DNA of 34,230 nucleotides. Source: an uncultured Coxiellaceae bacterium (lineage in GTDB: Bacteria > Pseudomonadota > Gammaproteobacteria > Coxiellales > Coxiellaceae). Positions within the stretch are counted from its first letter, which is position 1, and each line of letters opens with the position of its first letter. The position numbers and the translations under genes are program-made. Positions 1 to 9,037 of the stretch are shown here, one piece after another. The stretch covers positions 1 through 34,230 of the forward strand of contig CAYGED010000001.1 in assembly GCA_964348555.1 (NCBI GenBank), read 5' to 3'. Under the pieces are notes generated by a model. It did no database searches, had not been told where the DNA came from, and worked only from the letters and a program-made list of their open reading frames with translations.

Positions 1-22
1 TTTCTGAATAAAGGGGCTGAGG

Positions 23-1438
23 ATGGAAAATAAAGTATACGTTGATACGCCTCACCCGGAATACAATAAATATTTGCCGCTATGGAAATCATGCGAGGAT
101 TCGACGGCCGGGGAGCATGAGATACATGCGAATGGTGAAAAATATCTACCAAAGCTGACTAATGAAGAGGCCACTGATTACAGAAAGCGCGTGAATAGAA
201 CGCCTTTTTTTAATGCGATTGCTCGGACTATTCAGGGTTTGTGCGGGATGGTGTTCAGAAAACCTCCCATCATTGAGTTGCTTCCAAAAACTGAAACCTT
301 CTCGGAAGATATTGATTTAATTGGATCTTCACTTGTTTCGTTTTCTGCTGCCATTGTTGACGAATACTTAAAGCTAGGTCGGGTTGGTGTTCTGGTGGAT
401 TATCCAGAGCAATCAGAAGAAAGTGTGTTGACAATGGCAGACGCAGAAGTCAGGGGTTTGCGCCCTGCTTTAAAAAAATACGGCGCAGAGCACATCATCA
501 ACTGGAAAGTTGGCAGGATCAATAATAAGCATCAATTAACGATGGTTGTCTTGAAAGAATCCGCCGACATATCCACCGGTGAATTTGAGCACAAATCTGA
601 GGCCAGATATCGTGTGATTGATTTGTTTGAGAAAAGATACCGCCAGCGCGTATTTCGTAAAACCGACAAAGGCGAAGACGAACAGGTTGGATCGGACATA
701 TTCCCAGCGATTAATAACGCTCCGTTTACTTACATCCCATTTAAAATAATAGGTGGCATTAATCCAGAGCCTCCGCCATTGATGGGCTTGGTAGATATTA
801 ATCTGCATCATTATCAGGTTAATGCTGATTATCATCATGGACTACATTTATCGATGCCGACACTTTTTGTTACAGGATACCGTCCTATTAGAGAGCCGGG
901 AAAGCCAGCGCCGACAATCTATGTCGGCGGGACTGCTGCGAACATCCTGCCGGATACTGGCAGTGATGCGTTTTTCGCAGAAGTATCAAGCAGTTTTGAA
1001 GGGCATAGACAAGCGTTACTCGATCTGAAAAATGAAATGGCCGTACTTGGCGCAAGAATGTTGGAATCACAAAAAGCGAGCGTGGAAGCATCTGATACGG
1101 TGGCGCGTAGACAGAATGGCGAAGATAGTTATCTAGCAGAGATCAGCCAAATGATAAGCCGCGACATGAAATGGTTGCTGGATATATTTTCGCAGTGGGC
1201 GGGCGACAGCGGTGAAATTAATTTTCAGTTCAACCGTGATTTTGTTCCGGCAGGCATAAGCGCTCAGGATCTAACTGCATTAGTTGGTGCTTGGCAATCT
1301 GGTGCTATTAGCCAAGCGACTTTGTTTGATAATTTGCAGCGTGGCGAAATTATTGATGGCAAAGTTACATTCGATGAAGAGCAGGAACGTATCGCCGCAG
1401 CATCGCCATCTTTCGCTCCGGGTAACACAGAGCAATAA
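23..1438 (+). CDS. phage portal protein (DUF4055-like)
   Basis: 471-aa ORF; ATG 23 is preceded by purine-rich GGGGCTGAGG. It is the first gene of a coupled head operon, with its stop overlapping the next start (TAATG at 1436-1440). Size and gene order (portal, MuF-like, scaffold, capsid) fit. Family name recalled, not searched. Confidence 0.75.
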   Translation: MENKVYVDTPHPEYNKYLPLWKSCEDSTAGEHEIHANGEKYLPKLTNEEATDYRKRVNRTPFFNAIARTIQGLCGMVFRKPPIIELLPKTETFSEDIDLIGSSLVSFSAAIVDEYLKLGRVGVLVDYPEQSEESVLTMADAEVRGLRPALKKYGAEHIINWKVGRINNKHQLTMVVLKESADISTGEFEHKSEARYRVIDLFEKRYRQRVFRKTDKGEDEQVGSDIFPAINNAPFTYIPFKIIGGINPEPPPLMGLVDINLHHYQVNADYHHGLHLSMPTLFVTGYRPIREPGKPAPTIYVGGTAANILPDTGSDAFFAEVSSSFEGHRQALLDLKNEMAVLGARMLESQKASVEASDTVARRQNGEDSYLAEISQMISRDMKWLLDIFSQWAGDSGEINFQFNRDFVPAGISAQDLTALVGAWQSGAISQATLFDNLQRGEIIDGKVTFDEEQERIAAASPSFAPGNTEQ

Positions 1439-2460
1439 TGCCCGGAATAAGTCCAGAAGAACTTGCCCGCATCGATAGCGCGTTAAAAGTTTCTCTTGAC
1501 GTGCTGAGGCATAGCGCGCACGTCGAAGCGTCAGTGCTCAGGCTCCTTGAGGATATGCGCAGGGAATTGATTGTAAAGCTGGCGCAAAAGGGATTAACAA
1601 GCTGGGGCAGATCGCGGCTTAACCAGATGCTTAAAGATGCCGACATAGTTATATCGTCATACTACATTCAAGCGCTGGAAGTTTTAACGCCAACTTTAAC
1701 AACAGTAACGGGCATAAGTGCGGGGCAAGAAGTGGCGGCACTTGCGGCAACCGCCTCCATGCCAAGCAAGGCCGTCTTGACATCTCTGGTGAGTGATATG
1801 TTGATCGAGGGCAGTCCGGTCAAAGCTTGGTGGAGCAAAATAGCAAGAGACACATCGTTCCGTTTTTCGGGAGCCGTCAAGCAGGGTATTGCTCAGGGCG
1901 AGACGCTGGCGCAGATATTTAACCGGGTGAATGAGATTGTGGAGTTGGTCGAACGTAATTCAACAGCATTGGTACATACCAGCATCATGCGAGTAATGAA
2001 TGATTCGACCCGTGCAGTGCTGCAAGAAAACGCGGATATCACGCCGACAATGCGCTGGTTAGCAACTTTAGATTCTCATACCTGTATTAGATGCGCTCCG
2101 CGTGACGGTCTGGAATGGGATACTCTGACACTAACCCCTGTTGGTCATGATGTGCCGTTTAGAAGCATACCATTACATTTCGGATGCCGATGCAAGATGG
2201 TTGGAGTCACTAGCCTGATGAAGCGTGCTGATAAGCTGGGGATTGGTCAACGTGCAAGTTCTTCCGGGCCTGTACTAAGAACAACGACATTTGAGGAATT
2301 TCTTGGCAGGCAATCCAAGGACTGGCAGAATGATGTTTTAGGAAAAGGCAGGGCTGAGCTGTGGCGGGATAAAAAATTGAGTTTGTCTGATTTGATTAAT
2401 GGGCGGGGGAATCCTCTCGCGCTCGAAGAACTTGAGAAAAAATATGGCGCAACACATTGA
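1438..2460 (+). CDS. head morphogenesis protein (Mu gpF / SPP1 gp7-like)
   Basis: 340-aa ORF directly after the portal. The C-terminal Cys/His cluster CIRCAPRDG...HFGCRCKM is typical of the MuF family. Confidence 0.75.
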   Translation: MPGISPEELARIDSALKVSLDVLRHSAHVEASVLRLLEDMRRELIVKLAQKGLTSWGRSRLNQMLKDADIVISSYYIQALEVLTPTLTTVTGISAGQEVAALAATASMPSKAVLTSLVSDMLIEGSPVKAWWSKIARDTSFRFSGAVKQGIAQGETLAQIFNRVNEIVELVERNSTALVHTSIMRVMNDSTRAVLQENADITPTMRWLATLDSHTCIRCAPRDGLEWDTLTLTPVGHDVPFRSIPLHFGCRCKMVGVTSLMKRADKLGIGQRASSSGPVLRTTTFEEFLGRQSKDWQNDVLGKGRAELWRDKKLSLSDLINGRGNPLALEELEKKYGATH

Positions 2461-2510
2461 AATATGATATATATGTGTTGTAATTTTTTAACAATCCTAG
2501 AGGGATAAAA

Positions 2511-3137
2511 ATGTTTGATACTCCTGAGGAGAAGGCGGCGTTGGCTGCTGCAATTGAAGATGCTGTTTCAGGGCTGAAATCGAAGAATACCGAGCTGCTG
2601 GCGGAAATAAAAAAGGCAAGAAAAAATGCTGAAATAACACCAGAGCAACTTGCTGAAGTTGAGGCGGAACGTGATAAATTATCAAATGATTTGCAGGCAG
2701 CGAACAAACAATTAAAAATAGTTGCTGCGGAATTTGATAAAACGAAAAAATTACACGAAGAAGAAACCGGATTTACACAGAAGCTGCTGATTGACAATGG
2801 GCTGGTTAGCGAATTAACGAAACACGGAATAACGAACCCGGTGCACCTAAAAGCCGCTCAGGCCATGCTTAGAAGCGGAGTACAGATCGTGGTTGATGGA
2901 GAAAACCGCACAGCAAAAGTAGGTGATAAAGCGCTTTGCGATCATATTAAAGAATGGGCCACGAGCGATGAAGGAAAGTATTTCGTTACAGCGCCAAACA
3001 ACGCAGGCGGCGGGGCTGCCGGTGGAGGCGGAGATAGCCAAAATCAATTGACTATGAAACGTAGTGCTTTTGAGGCTATGAATCCATTACAGAAAGTTGA
3101 ATTTAGCAAAAAAGGCGGGAAGTTAACGCAAGATTAG
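2511..3137 (+). CDS. scaffolding protein
   Basis: 208-aa charged, coiled-coil-like ORF (EKAALAAAIEDAVSGLKSKNTELLAEIKKARK...) with a Gly-rich tract. It lies between the MuF-like and capsid genes. Confidence 0.6.
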   Translation: MFDTPEEKAALAAAIEDAVSGLKSKNTELLAEIKKARKNAEITPEQLAEVEAERDKLSNDLQAANKQLKIVAAEFDKTKKLHEEETGFTQKLLIDNGLVSELTKHGITNPVHLKAAQAMLRSGVQIVVDGENRTAKVGDKALCDHIKEWATSDEGKYFVTAPNNAGGGAAGGGGDSQNQLTMKRSAFEAMNPLQKVEFSKKGGKLTQD

Positions 3138-3229
3138 TAATTTGTAACAAAATAAGCGGCAGGGCTGCATGATGTTCCGGCGGGGCTGGAAAATAGCAAC
3201 TATTTTTTATCCCAACAAAGGAACAAATC

Positions 3230-4396
3230 ATGACTACGAATACCTTGACAAACCTGCTGCCAAACCTTTACGCATCCCTCGATGTTGTATCACGAGAACT
3301 CACCGGGTTAATACCTGCAGTTACGCTTGATGCGCGTATTAATCGGGTGGCAAAAAACCAAACCGTTTACGTTCCAATCACGCCAGCAAATACAGCGGGC
3401 GGAGATATCACCCCGGCAATGGCCGTCCCTGCCGAATCAGACCAAACCATAGGTAATGCCCCTATCACGATTTCCAACTACCGTTCATTTCCATTCTCAT
3501 GGGATGGAGAAGAGCAGAGCGGATTGAATTCTGGTGCTGGTTATGCCGACATCCGCAACAATCAGATTATTCAGGCCATCCGTGCTGCCGTGAATGAGAT
3601 TGAAACTGATTTATCGTCTTTGCAAAAGAAATTTAGCCGAGCTTATGGCACTGCCGCTACCACTCCGCTAGGAACTTCAGGGGATCTCACAGACGCGACT
3701 AATGTGCTTAAAATCTTGAAGGATAATGGCGCTCCCGTGTCTGATAATCATCTCGTTATGAACACGACCGCAGGTGCCAATTTTCTGGGTAAACAGGGTA
3801 ATTTTAGCGTTACAGATGATCCTAGCATCATGCGTCAAGGCATATTTCTGACGACAGCCGGGTTGAGTTTACGTGAATCCGCGCAAATTCCTACACAAAC
3901 AGCGGGAGCTATGGCCTCAGCTACCAGCACTTCAGCGGCATTTACTGTTGGTCAAACAGTTATCCCATTGGCCACCGCTGGTACTGGCGTTGTGGCTGCG
4001 GGAGATATTGTCACCTTCGCGAATGACACTAATAAATATGTGATCACGTCCGTTTCTTTTGCAGGTGCGAACCCTGCATCTGGAGATACAATCACGCTGG
4101 CCGCCCCCGGTCTTCGTGTTGCACAGGGAGCTGCAACCCGCGCGATAACTGTGATCGCCACATCTGCCCGCAACATGGCATTTAACCGTTCGGCTATCGT
4201 GTTGGCTACTCGTATGCCAGAGCGGCCAACAGAAGGAGACATGGCGCTAGATGTTTCTAGCGTCACAGACCCTAGATCTGGACTGACATTCGAGGTCGCA
4301 ATCTACCCCGGGTATCGAAAAGTGAGGTATGAATTGGCGATTGCATGGGGGGCCGCGTTAATCAAACCCGCTCATACTGCGATCCTGCTTGGATAA
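3230..4396 (+). CDS. major capsid protein (P22-coat-like / HK97-fold family)
   Basis: 388-aa ORF with AAAGGAACAAATC upstream of the ATG. It follows the scaffold gene; size and N-terminal pattern (LPNLYASLDVVSRE...) fit coat proteins. Confidence 0.75.
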   Translation: MTTNTLTNLLPNLYASLDVVSRELTGLIPAVTLDARINRVAKNQTVYVPITPANTAGGDITPAMAVPAESDQTIGNAPITISNYRSFPFSWDGEEQSGLNSGAGYADIRNNQIIQAIRAAVNEIETDLSSLQKKFSRAYGTAATTPLGTSGDLTDATNVLKILKDNGAPVSDNHLVMNTTAGANFLGKQGNFSVTDDPSIMRQGIFLTTAGLSLRESAQIPTQTAGAMASATSTSAAFTVGQTVIPLATAGTGVVAAGDIVTFANDTNKYVITSVSFAGANPASGDTITLAAPGLRVAQGAATRAITVIATSARNMAFNRSAIVLATRMPERPTEGDMALDVSSVTDPRSGLTFEVAIYPGYRKVRYELAIAWGAALIKPAHTAILLG

Positions 4397-4449
4397 TAGT
4401 TCAAGCCTCTGCTGACGCGGGGGTTTCTGCAATTCTCTAGGGGAAAATA

Positions 4450-5118
4450 ATGCCAACACTTACACAAAACACATCAGTAACAGACCGCCTGCCTATAGGC
4501 CATAAACTGACTATAACTCCATCTGTTTCGGCTATCGTTGAGCGGTATCAGGGCGATACCTTACTGGAAAAAGTCAGTATCACGTCCGCCACGTCGTTCG
4601 GCGAATATCTGGTTGAAATCAATTACAGAATCACATGTACCACTGGAACGGTCACTTATACCGAAAGCCAGTCTGTTGTTCAGACGTTACAGGGGTCTCG
4701 TACAAATGACAATGCAGGTACCGGTGAAATTGGTGAATATATTTCGTCTTCTGTTGTAATCGGATCGGCGGTTTCGTTGACTACAGATACTACGGCGAAC
4801 GTAACCAGTATTGTTTTGACTCCTGGTGATTGGGATGTGTCTGGTGTAATTGGATTTGTGCCTGCTGCAACCACATCTATTACGCACATGTCTGGCGGAT
4901 CATCTGAGACCAGTGCAACAATGGGCGGACTTGGAAAAGAATTCGCAACTACTTCTCAGGCTTACGTTCCAGGTGTTACCAACGAAATTGAATATGCCGT
5001 GCCGACCACAAGGTTTAGTGTTGCTGCAAGTACGACAGTTTACTTAACCGCTCATGCAATTTTCACCATTTCCACTTTAGGTGGTTATGGGATTATTGGC
5101 GCGAGGAGAGTGAGGTAA
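4450..5118 (+). CDS. capsid-associated structural protein (possible decoration protein)
   Basis: 222-aa Ser/Thr-rich ORF with GGGGAAAATA-ATG context, immediately after the capsid gene. Function inferred from position only. Confidence 0.4.
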   Translation: MPTLTQNTSVTDRLPIGHKLTITPSVSAIVERYQGDTLLEKVSITSATSFGEYLVEINYRITCTTGTVTYTESQSVVQTLQGSRTNDNAGTGEIGEYISSSVVIGSAVSLTTDTTANVTSIVLTPGDWDVSGVIGFVPAATTSITHMSGGSSETSATMGGLGKEFATTSQAYVPGVTNEIEYAVPTTRFSVAASTTVYLTAHAIFTISTLGGYGIIGARRVR

Positions 5119-5121
5119 AGT

Positions 5122-5643
5122 ATGGCGCTCATTGTCGAGACAGGTGCAATCGTCGCGGGAGCAGAAAGTTACATTTCTGTTTCGGGTGCTGATACCTATC
5201 ACTCTGACCGTGGGAATGCTTCTTGGGCGGCTCTGACAACTGCGGTAAAAGAGCAGAATTTACGCAAAGCGACGGAATACATGCTTCAAGTTTATCGGCA
5301 GCGGTGGAAAGGTTCCAGGATGTCATCCGGCCAGACATTGGACTGGCCGCGTGCATTTGTCTATATCGACCAGATATTGTCTGGATCTTCCTACGCTTTC
5401 CCTTCGCTGGTATCAAATACAGTTGTCCCGGTCGAGGTACAAAGAGCATGTGCAGAACTGGCATTGAAGTCCAGTACGGCGGAATTACTGGCGGATCTGA
5501 CGCAACAAAAAGCTAGTGTTACGGTCGGGCCAATATCTACCACTTACGACAGTTCAAGTCCACAATTTAAACGATACACGGCAATTGACGCAATGCTATC
5601 CCCTTATTTTGAGGGTGTCGATGGAAAGGCGGTGCGCGTATGA
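5122..5643 (+). CDS. head-tail connector/adaptor (gp6-like)
   Basis: 173-aa ORF with an N-terminus MALIVETGAIVAGAESYISVSGADTY typical of gp6/DnaT-like head-tail adaptors. ATGA overlap with the next gene. Confidence 0.5.
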   Translation: MALIVETGAIVAGAESYISVSGADTYHSDRGNASWAALTTAVKEQNLRKATEYMLQVYRQRWKGSRMSSGQTLDWPRAFVYIDQILSGSSYAFPSLVSNTVVPVEVQRACAELALKSSTAELLADLTQQKASVTVGPISTTYDSSSPQFKRYTAIDAMLSPYFEGVDGKAVRV

Positions 5644-6005
5644 GTTTATATGACGAACTCGCTGACGTATCGCTGGAATTGCTGACGGAGTTTGGACAAT
5701 CTGTTACGCGGCGCAGTTATACAGTGGGTGATTATGATCCTGCAACTGGCGCAAATGCGGTCGTCACGGCAGACACAACGCGCAAGGGGGCGATATTTGA
5801 CACAGGCTTGGTCAGTGGTGGTGTTCAAACACTCAGAGGGAATCTAGTACAGGCTGGCGACATGCGGTTATTGGTTGATGCCGAGGCGGGCATAAACTTG
5901 CAGGATCATTTCATAGTTGGCGGAGTGGAATATGTGATTGTCGGAATGGACGAAGTTTCGCCAGCGGGCACACGGGTTTTATTTGATTTGCATGTGAGAC
6001 GATAA
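5640..6005 (+). CDS. head closure / head-tail joining protein
   Basis: 121-aa ORF translationally coupled on both sides (ATGA at 5640, TAATG at 6005). Called from position in the connector block. Confidence 0.4.
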   Translation: MSLYDELADVSLELLTEFGQSVTRRSYTVGDYDPATGANAVVTADTTRKGAIFDTGLVSGGVQTLRGNLVQAGDMRLLVDAEAGINLQDHFIVGGVEYVIVGMDEVSPAGTRVLFDLHVRR

Positions 6006-6460
6006 TGAGTTTCGCTATCAATATGTCAAAATGGACAGAAAAAACAAAGCAAAGCATTGATCATGGCGTGCGCGAGGTTATTTTTACTGTTGCTGGATTT
6101 GTTGATGAGCGGTCTCCGGTGGGGAGTCGGGAGCTTTGGGCAGATAATATATCACGCGCTGAACGCGGGCTACCCCCAAGACCAGCCGGATATATCGGCG
6201 GACATTTTAGAGCAAATAACCAATATCATTTTGGCACACCGCCGGATAATGAGGTTGATGGCGTTGATCCTGATGGCGGGATGACGCTCGCTAAAATAAA
6301 GGCCGGTGTGCTGAGTTCGCCAGTAGCTGGGATACACTGGATAGCTAATAACGTGCCCTATGCAATGGCTCTGGAAAATGGGCACAGCAAACAAGCGCCT
6401 CAGGGAATCTACAAATTGGCGGTTATGGACACTGAAGCAGTAATACGGAGCATTCTCTGA
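6005..6460 (+). CDS. HK97 gp10-like neck / tail-completion protein
   Basis: 151-aa ORF with the ...NNVPYAMALENGHS... motif recalled from the HK97 gp10 family. Coupled starts and stops. Confidence 0.5.
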   Translation: MSFAINMSKWTEKTKQSIDHGVREVIFTVAGFVDERSPVGSRELWADNISRAERGLPPRPAGYIGGHFRANNQYHFGTPPDNEVDGVDPDGGMTLAKIKAGVLSSPVAGIHWIANNVPYAMALENGHSKQAPQGIYKLAVMDTEAVIRSIL

Positions 6461-6867
6461 TGGCTGGCGTTGTAAATATCCGGGCAGCATTGGAAACGGC
6501 GCTTAATGGGATGTCGCCATCGATAGCCACAAGTTTTGAGAATGCGGCGTTCATACTGCCAACTTATCCCGCACCTTATCAAATAGTGAATATTCTTTTT
6601 GCCCGTCCAGACAATAGGGAATATGGTGCGCGTCACGAAGAGCGTGGATATATGCAAGTAAAGTTAATGTATCGCCTACAGGTAGGGACGGCCGATATTG
6701 CCGCTAGAGCCGAGCTACTCCGTTCAACTTTCAAAAGGGGTAATACATTTACGAGCGGCGGAGTCACTGTCATGATAACTGAAACCCCGTCCGTTGGGGC
6801 TGGTGTGGTTGAAGGTGACAGATATGCGGTGGCTGTAAAAATTCCTTTTCACTCAAATATAGGATAA
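6460..6867 (+). CDS. tail terminator-like protein (gpU / DUF4128-like)
   Basis: 135-aa ORF with TGATG overlap to the previous gene. It is the last neck gene before the tail tube gene. Confidence 0.45.
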   Translation: MAGVVNIRAALETALNGMSPSIATSFENAAFILPTYPAPYQIVNILFARPDNREYGARHEERGYMQVKLMYRLQVGTADIAARAELLRSTFKRGNTFTSGGVTVMITETPSVGAGVVEGDRYAVAVKIPFHSNIG

Positions 6868-6871
6868 GTAT

Positions 6872-7015
6872 ATGCAAATATTACAAAGACAGGACGGCAC
6901 GTTGGTTGAATTAACTGATGAGGACGCCGCGAAATGGTTGAAGCTAGGGTTAGGCACAATTCCACCTCAGCCGAAACCTGAGCCACAAAAACCCACTAAA
7001 TCAACAGGAGCGTAA
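6872..7015 (+). CDS. small hypothetical protein (47 aa, Pro/Lys-rich C-terminus)
   Basis: ATG 6872 with AGGA 7 nt upstream; MQILQRQDGTLVELTDEDAAKWLKLGLGTIPPQPKPEPQKPTKSTGA. Fills the gap before the tail tube gene. Below the ORF-track cutoff. Confidence 0.3.
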   Translation: MQILQRQDGTLVELTDEDAAKWLKLGLGTIPPQPKPEPQKPTKSTGA

Positions 7016-7017
7016 AA

Positions 7018-8238
7018 ATGGCAATAGCAAAAGAAGTCAATAAATTACTGACAATATACAAACAAACGGGGCTAGGCGTTCCACGTTCTGGATCAGGGGG
7101 TCAGGCGTTACGTCGTGAGACATCATCCGGCAAGCTGACAATCGCCTCGTATGAAAACAATGAAATCGCAACGCACCAGCAATCAACCGGCGTAACGATG
7201 GGCGGTCGAAGCGCCACATTCACGCTGAACGGACTATTATCTGGGAATACGTACTCAAACATATTTGCATCGTTATTGCGGGGCACTTTCTCAGCAACTG
7301 CGGCTATCACCGGCGCATCGATTACTATCACGATGCCGGGTGGAGTTCCCACCCTAACAGATGCCGCTCAAACATGGCTGACAAAGGGCATTAAAATAGG
7401 TGATGTGATACGGATTACAGCGGGAACTTACGCCAATGCTGTTAATAGGGATAATAATCTGCTTGTTTTGAGTGTAACTGAAACAGTGATCACTGGATCG
7501 ACGTTGAATGGATCTGTGATGATTGCTGAGGGGCCAATTGCTGCATCAACAGTTACTGTTACAGGCAAAAAACTGGCCGCTCCGATAACAGCGCAGACCA
7601 GCGATTATTATACCGTCGAGGAATATCAGAGCGATATTGCAAAATCCGAATTATTCACCGACGTAGTGTTCGGTTCTGTGAATATCTCTATACCTGCGTC
7701 AGGTAATACAACCGTCGCGTTTGATGCTGTAGCACTTGACAGATCTTCGTCAGGGGCGCAGGTGCTCACCACACCAACAGCGGAAACAACTACTGCTGTG
7801 GTGCAAGGAATCAAGGGAGCTATCATAATCCAGGGCACAACAATCGGCTATGTTACCGGAGCGTCAATTAAAATTGATGGAACCGTGGCAGCGCTTGACC
7901 CGGTGCTTGGATCAAATGTTGGGCCTGATGTATCGAGAGGGATTCTGAAAGTATCCGGGCAGATAACAGCATTTTATCAGGATGCTATTTTATCCGGTTA
8001 TTTCAATGCAGGAACCAATATTAGCATTGCAATAGTTGATGCGGTTGATGAAACAAACGCCAGTGAGTTCGTGTCTTTTGTGATGTCGAAAGTTAAACTC
8101 ACCGGGGATGATAAAGATACTGGCGCAGACGGAATTGTTCGCACATATCCATTCACGGCGGAAATCAACGGCGCAGGCGGAACAGCATTGGCTAACGCAA
8201 AAACAATAATCACAATCCAAGACAGCTTGGCAGCATAG
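7018..8238 (+). CDS. major tail (tube) protein
   Basis: 406-aa ORF with AGGAGCGTAAAA-ATG context, directly upstream of the chaperone pair and tape measure. Confidence 0.65.
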   Translation: MAIAKEVNKLLTIYKQTGLGVPRSGSGGQALRRETSSGKLTIASYENNEIATHQQSTGVTMGGRSATFTLNGLLSGNTYSNIFASLLRGTFSATAAITGASITITMPGGVPTLTDAAQTWLTKGIKIGDVIRITAGTYANAVNRDNNLLVLSVTETVITGSTLNGSVMIAEGPIAASTVTVTGKKLAAPITAQTSDYYTVEEYQSDIAKSELFTDVVFGSVNISIPASGNTTVAFDAVALDRSSSGAQVLTTPTAETTTAVVQGIKGAIIIQGTTIGYVTGASIKIDGTVAALDPVLGSNVGPDVSRGILKVSGQITAFYQDAILSGYFNAGTNISIAIVDAVDETNASEFVSFVMSKVKLTGDDKDTGADGIVRTYPFTAEINGAGGTALANAKTIITIQDSLAA

Positions 8239-8252
8239 AGGAGTTTTTAAAA

Positions 8253-8702
8253 ATGGCAAAAGTACATGATTTTTCAGCATTAGATACAGTCAGCGCGTGT
8301 GATAAAGGCATTGAAATTGAATTGCATCATCCAGTCACTCATGCAGGTCTGGGTATTTTTTGGACATTGCTTGGACGCGATTCGCAAGTTTTCCGGGATC
8401 AAATACGGCAAAATATTGACGAGGCAACGCGCCGCTCTGCTTATGCCAGAAAACGCGGGAAAGAAGACGTGCCTGATACGGCTGATATCCAGGAACAGCG
8501 TGGAATATCGTTGCTGGTCGCGTGTTCTGTAGCCTGGCGATATGGCGAGAAAAATATGTTCCCATTTCAGAAAAAGGGAAACGCATTAGAAGAACTAGCG
8601 TTTACACCAGAAAATGTCAGGCGCGTGCTGACGGAATTACCGGAGGTGCGCCGACAGATTGATGAGGCCATAGGGGATCTGGAAAATTTTATGAAAGTCT
8701 GA
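8253..8702 (+). CDS. tail assembly chaperone (G-like)
   Basis: 149-aa acidic ORF between the tail tube and tape measure genes. Contains a slippery heptamer near its 3' end. Confidence 0.65.
   Translation: MAKVHDFSALDTVSACDKGIEIELHHPVTHAGLGIFWTLLGRDSQVFRDQIRQNIDEATRRSAYARKRGKEDVPDTADIQEQRGISLLVACSVAWRYGEKNMFPFQKKGNALEELAFTPENVRRVLTELPEVRRQIDEAIGDLENFMKV
8684..8690 (+). promoter_or_regulatory. -1 programmed ribosomal frameshift slippery heptamer A_AAT_TTT
   Basis: The zero frame reads CTG GAA AAT TTT ATG, so X_XXY_YYZ is satisfied (A AAT TTT). The site lies inside the 37-nt window where both frames are open. Confidence 0.55.
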
Positions 8703-9037
8703 TCAACGATCTGTTACTTTTCGCTGAATCAGAATTTAAGTTAAGCGCAATACAAGATGACGGGAATTCTTTACGGATTCATTTGGAGAATGTTTGGAGA
8801 CAAACTGGCAGGATGCCGGATCAGTTGGCGGATATGCCAGAATTGCCAGAATTATGCGAACATGTCTGGACGTATTTTGTGGAATTGCACGGCGAACGAC
8901 CAGGAGACGCAAAGATAACATCTTCTGGAATAATGGACTGGCAGCAGATTGAAGGCATTAGGCTGAAACGCTGGGAAATACGCGCGATACGATTAATAGA
9001 TAATACTTGGATGCAATCACGGGCGAAAAATGTCTGA
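8684..9037 (+). CDS. tail assembly chaperone -1 frameshift extension (GT-type fusion with 8253-8690)
   Basis: The -1 frame is open from 8666 to 9037 and has no ATG (the track start at 8783 is TTG). It overlaps the G ORF end. The encoded ...LPELCEHVWTYFVELHGERP...WEIRAIRLIDNTWM resembles DUF1799-type chaperone T segments. Confidence 0.55.
   Translation, partial: KFYESLINDLLLFAESEFKLSAIQDDGNSLRIHLENVWRQTGRMPDQLADMPELPELCEHVWTYFVELHGERPGDAKITSSGIMDWQQIEGIRLKRWEIRAIRLIDNTWMQSRAKNV

Noticed and set aside
1-33. Possible 3' end of an upstream gene (terminase?) at the left edge
   Set aside because: Only about 10 codons are visible, so it cannot be supported from this window.
8783-9037. Independent TTG-initiated 84-aa gene
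   Set aside because: There is no ATG or RBS. The frame is open back into the G ORF across a canonical slippery heptamer, so it is better explained as the T part of a GT fusion.
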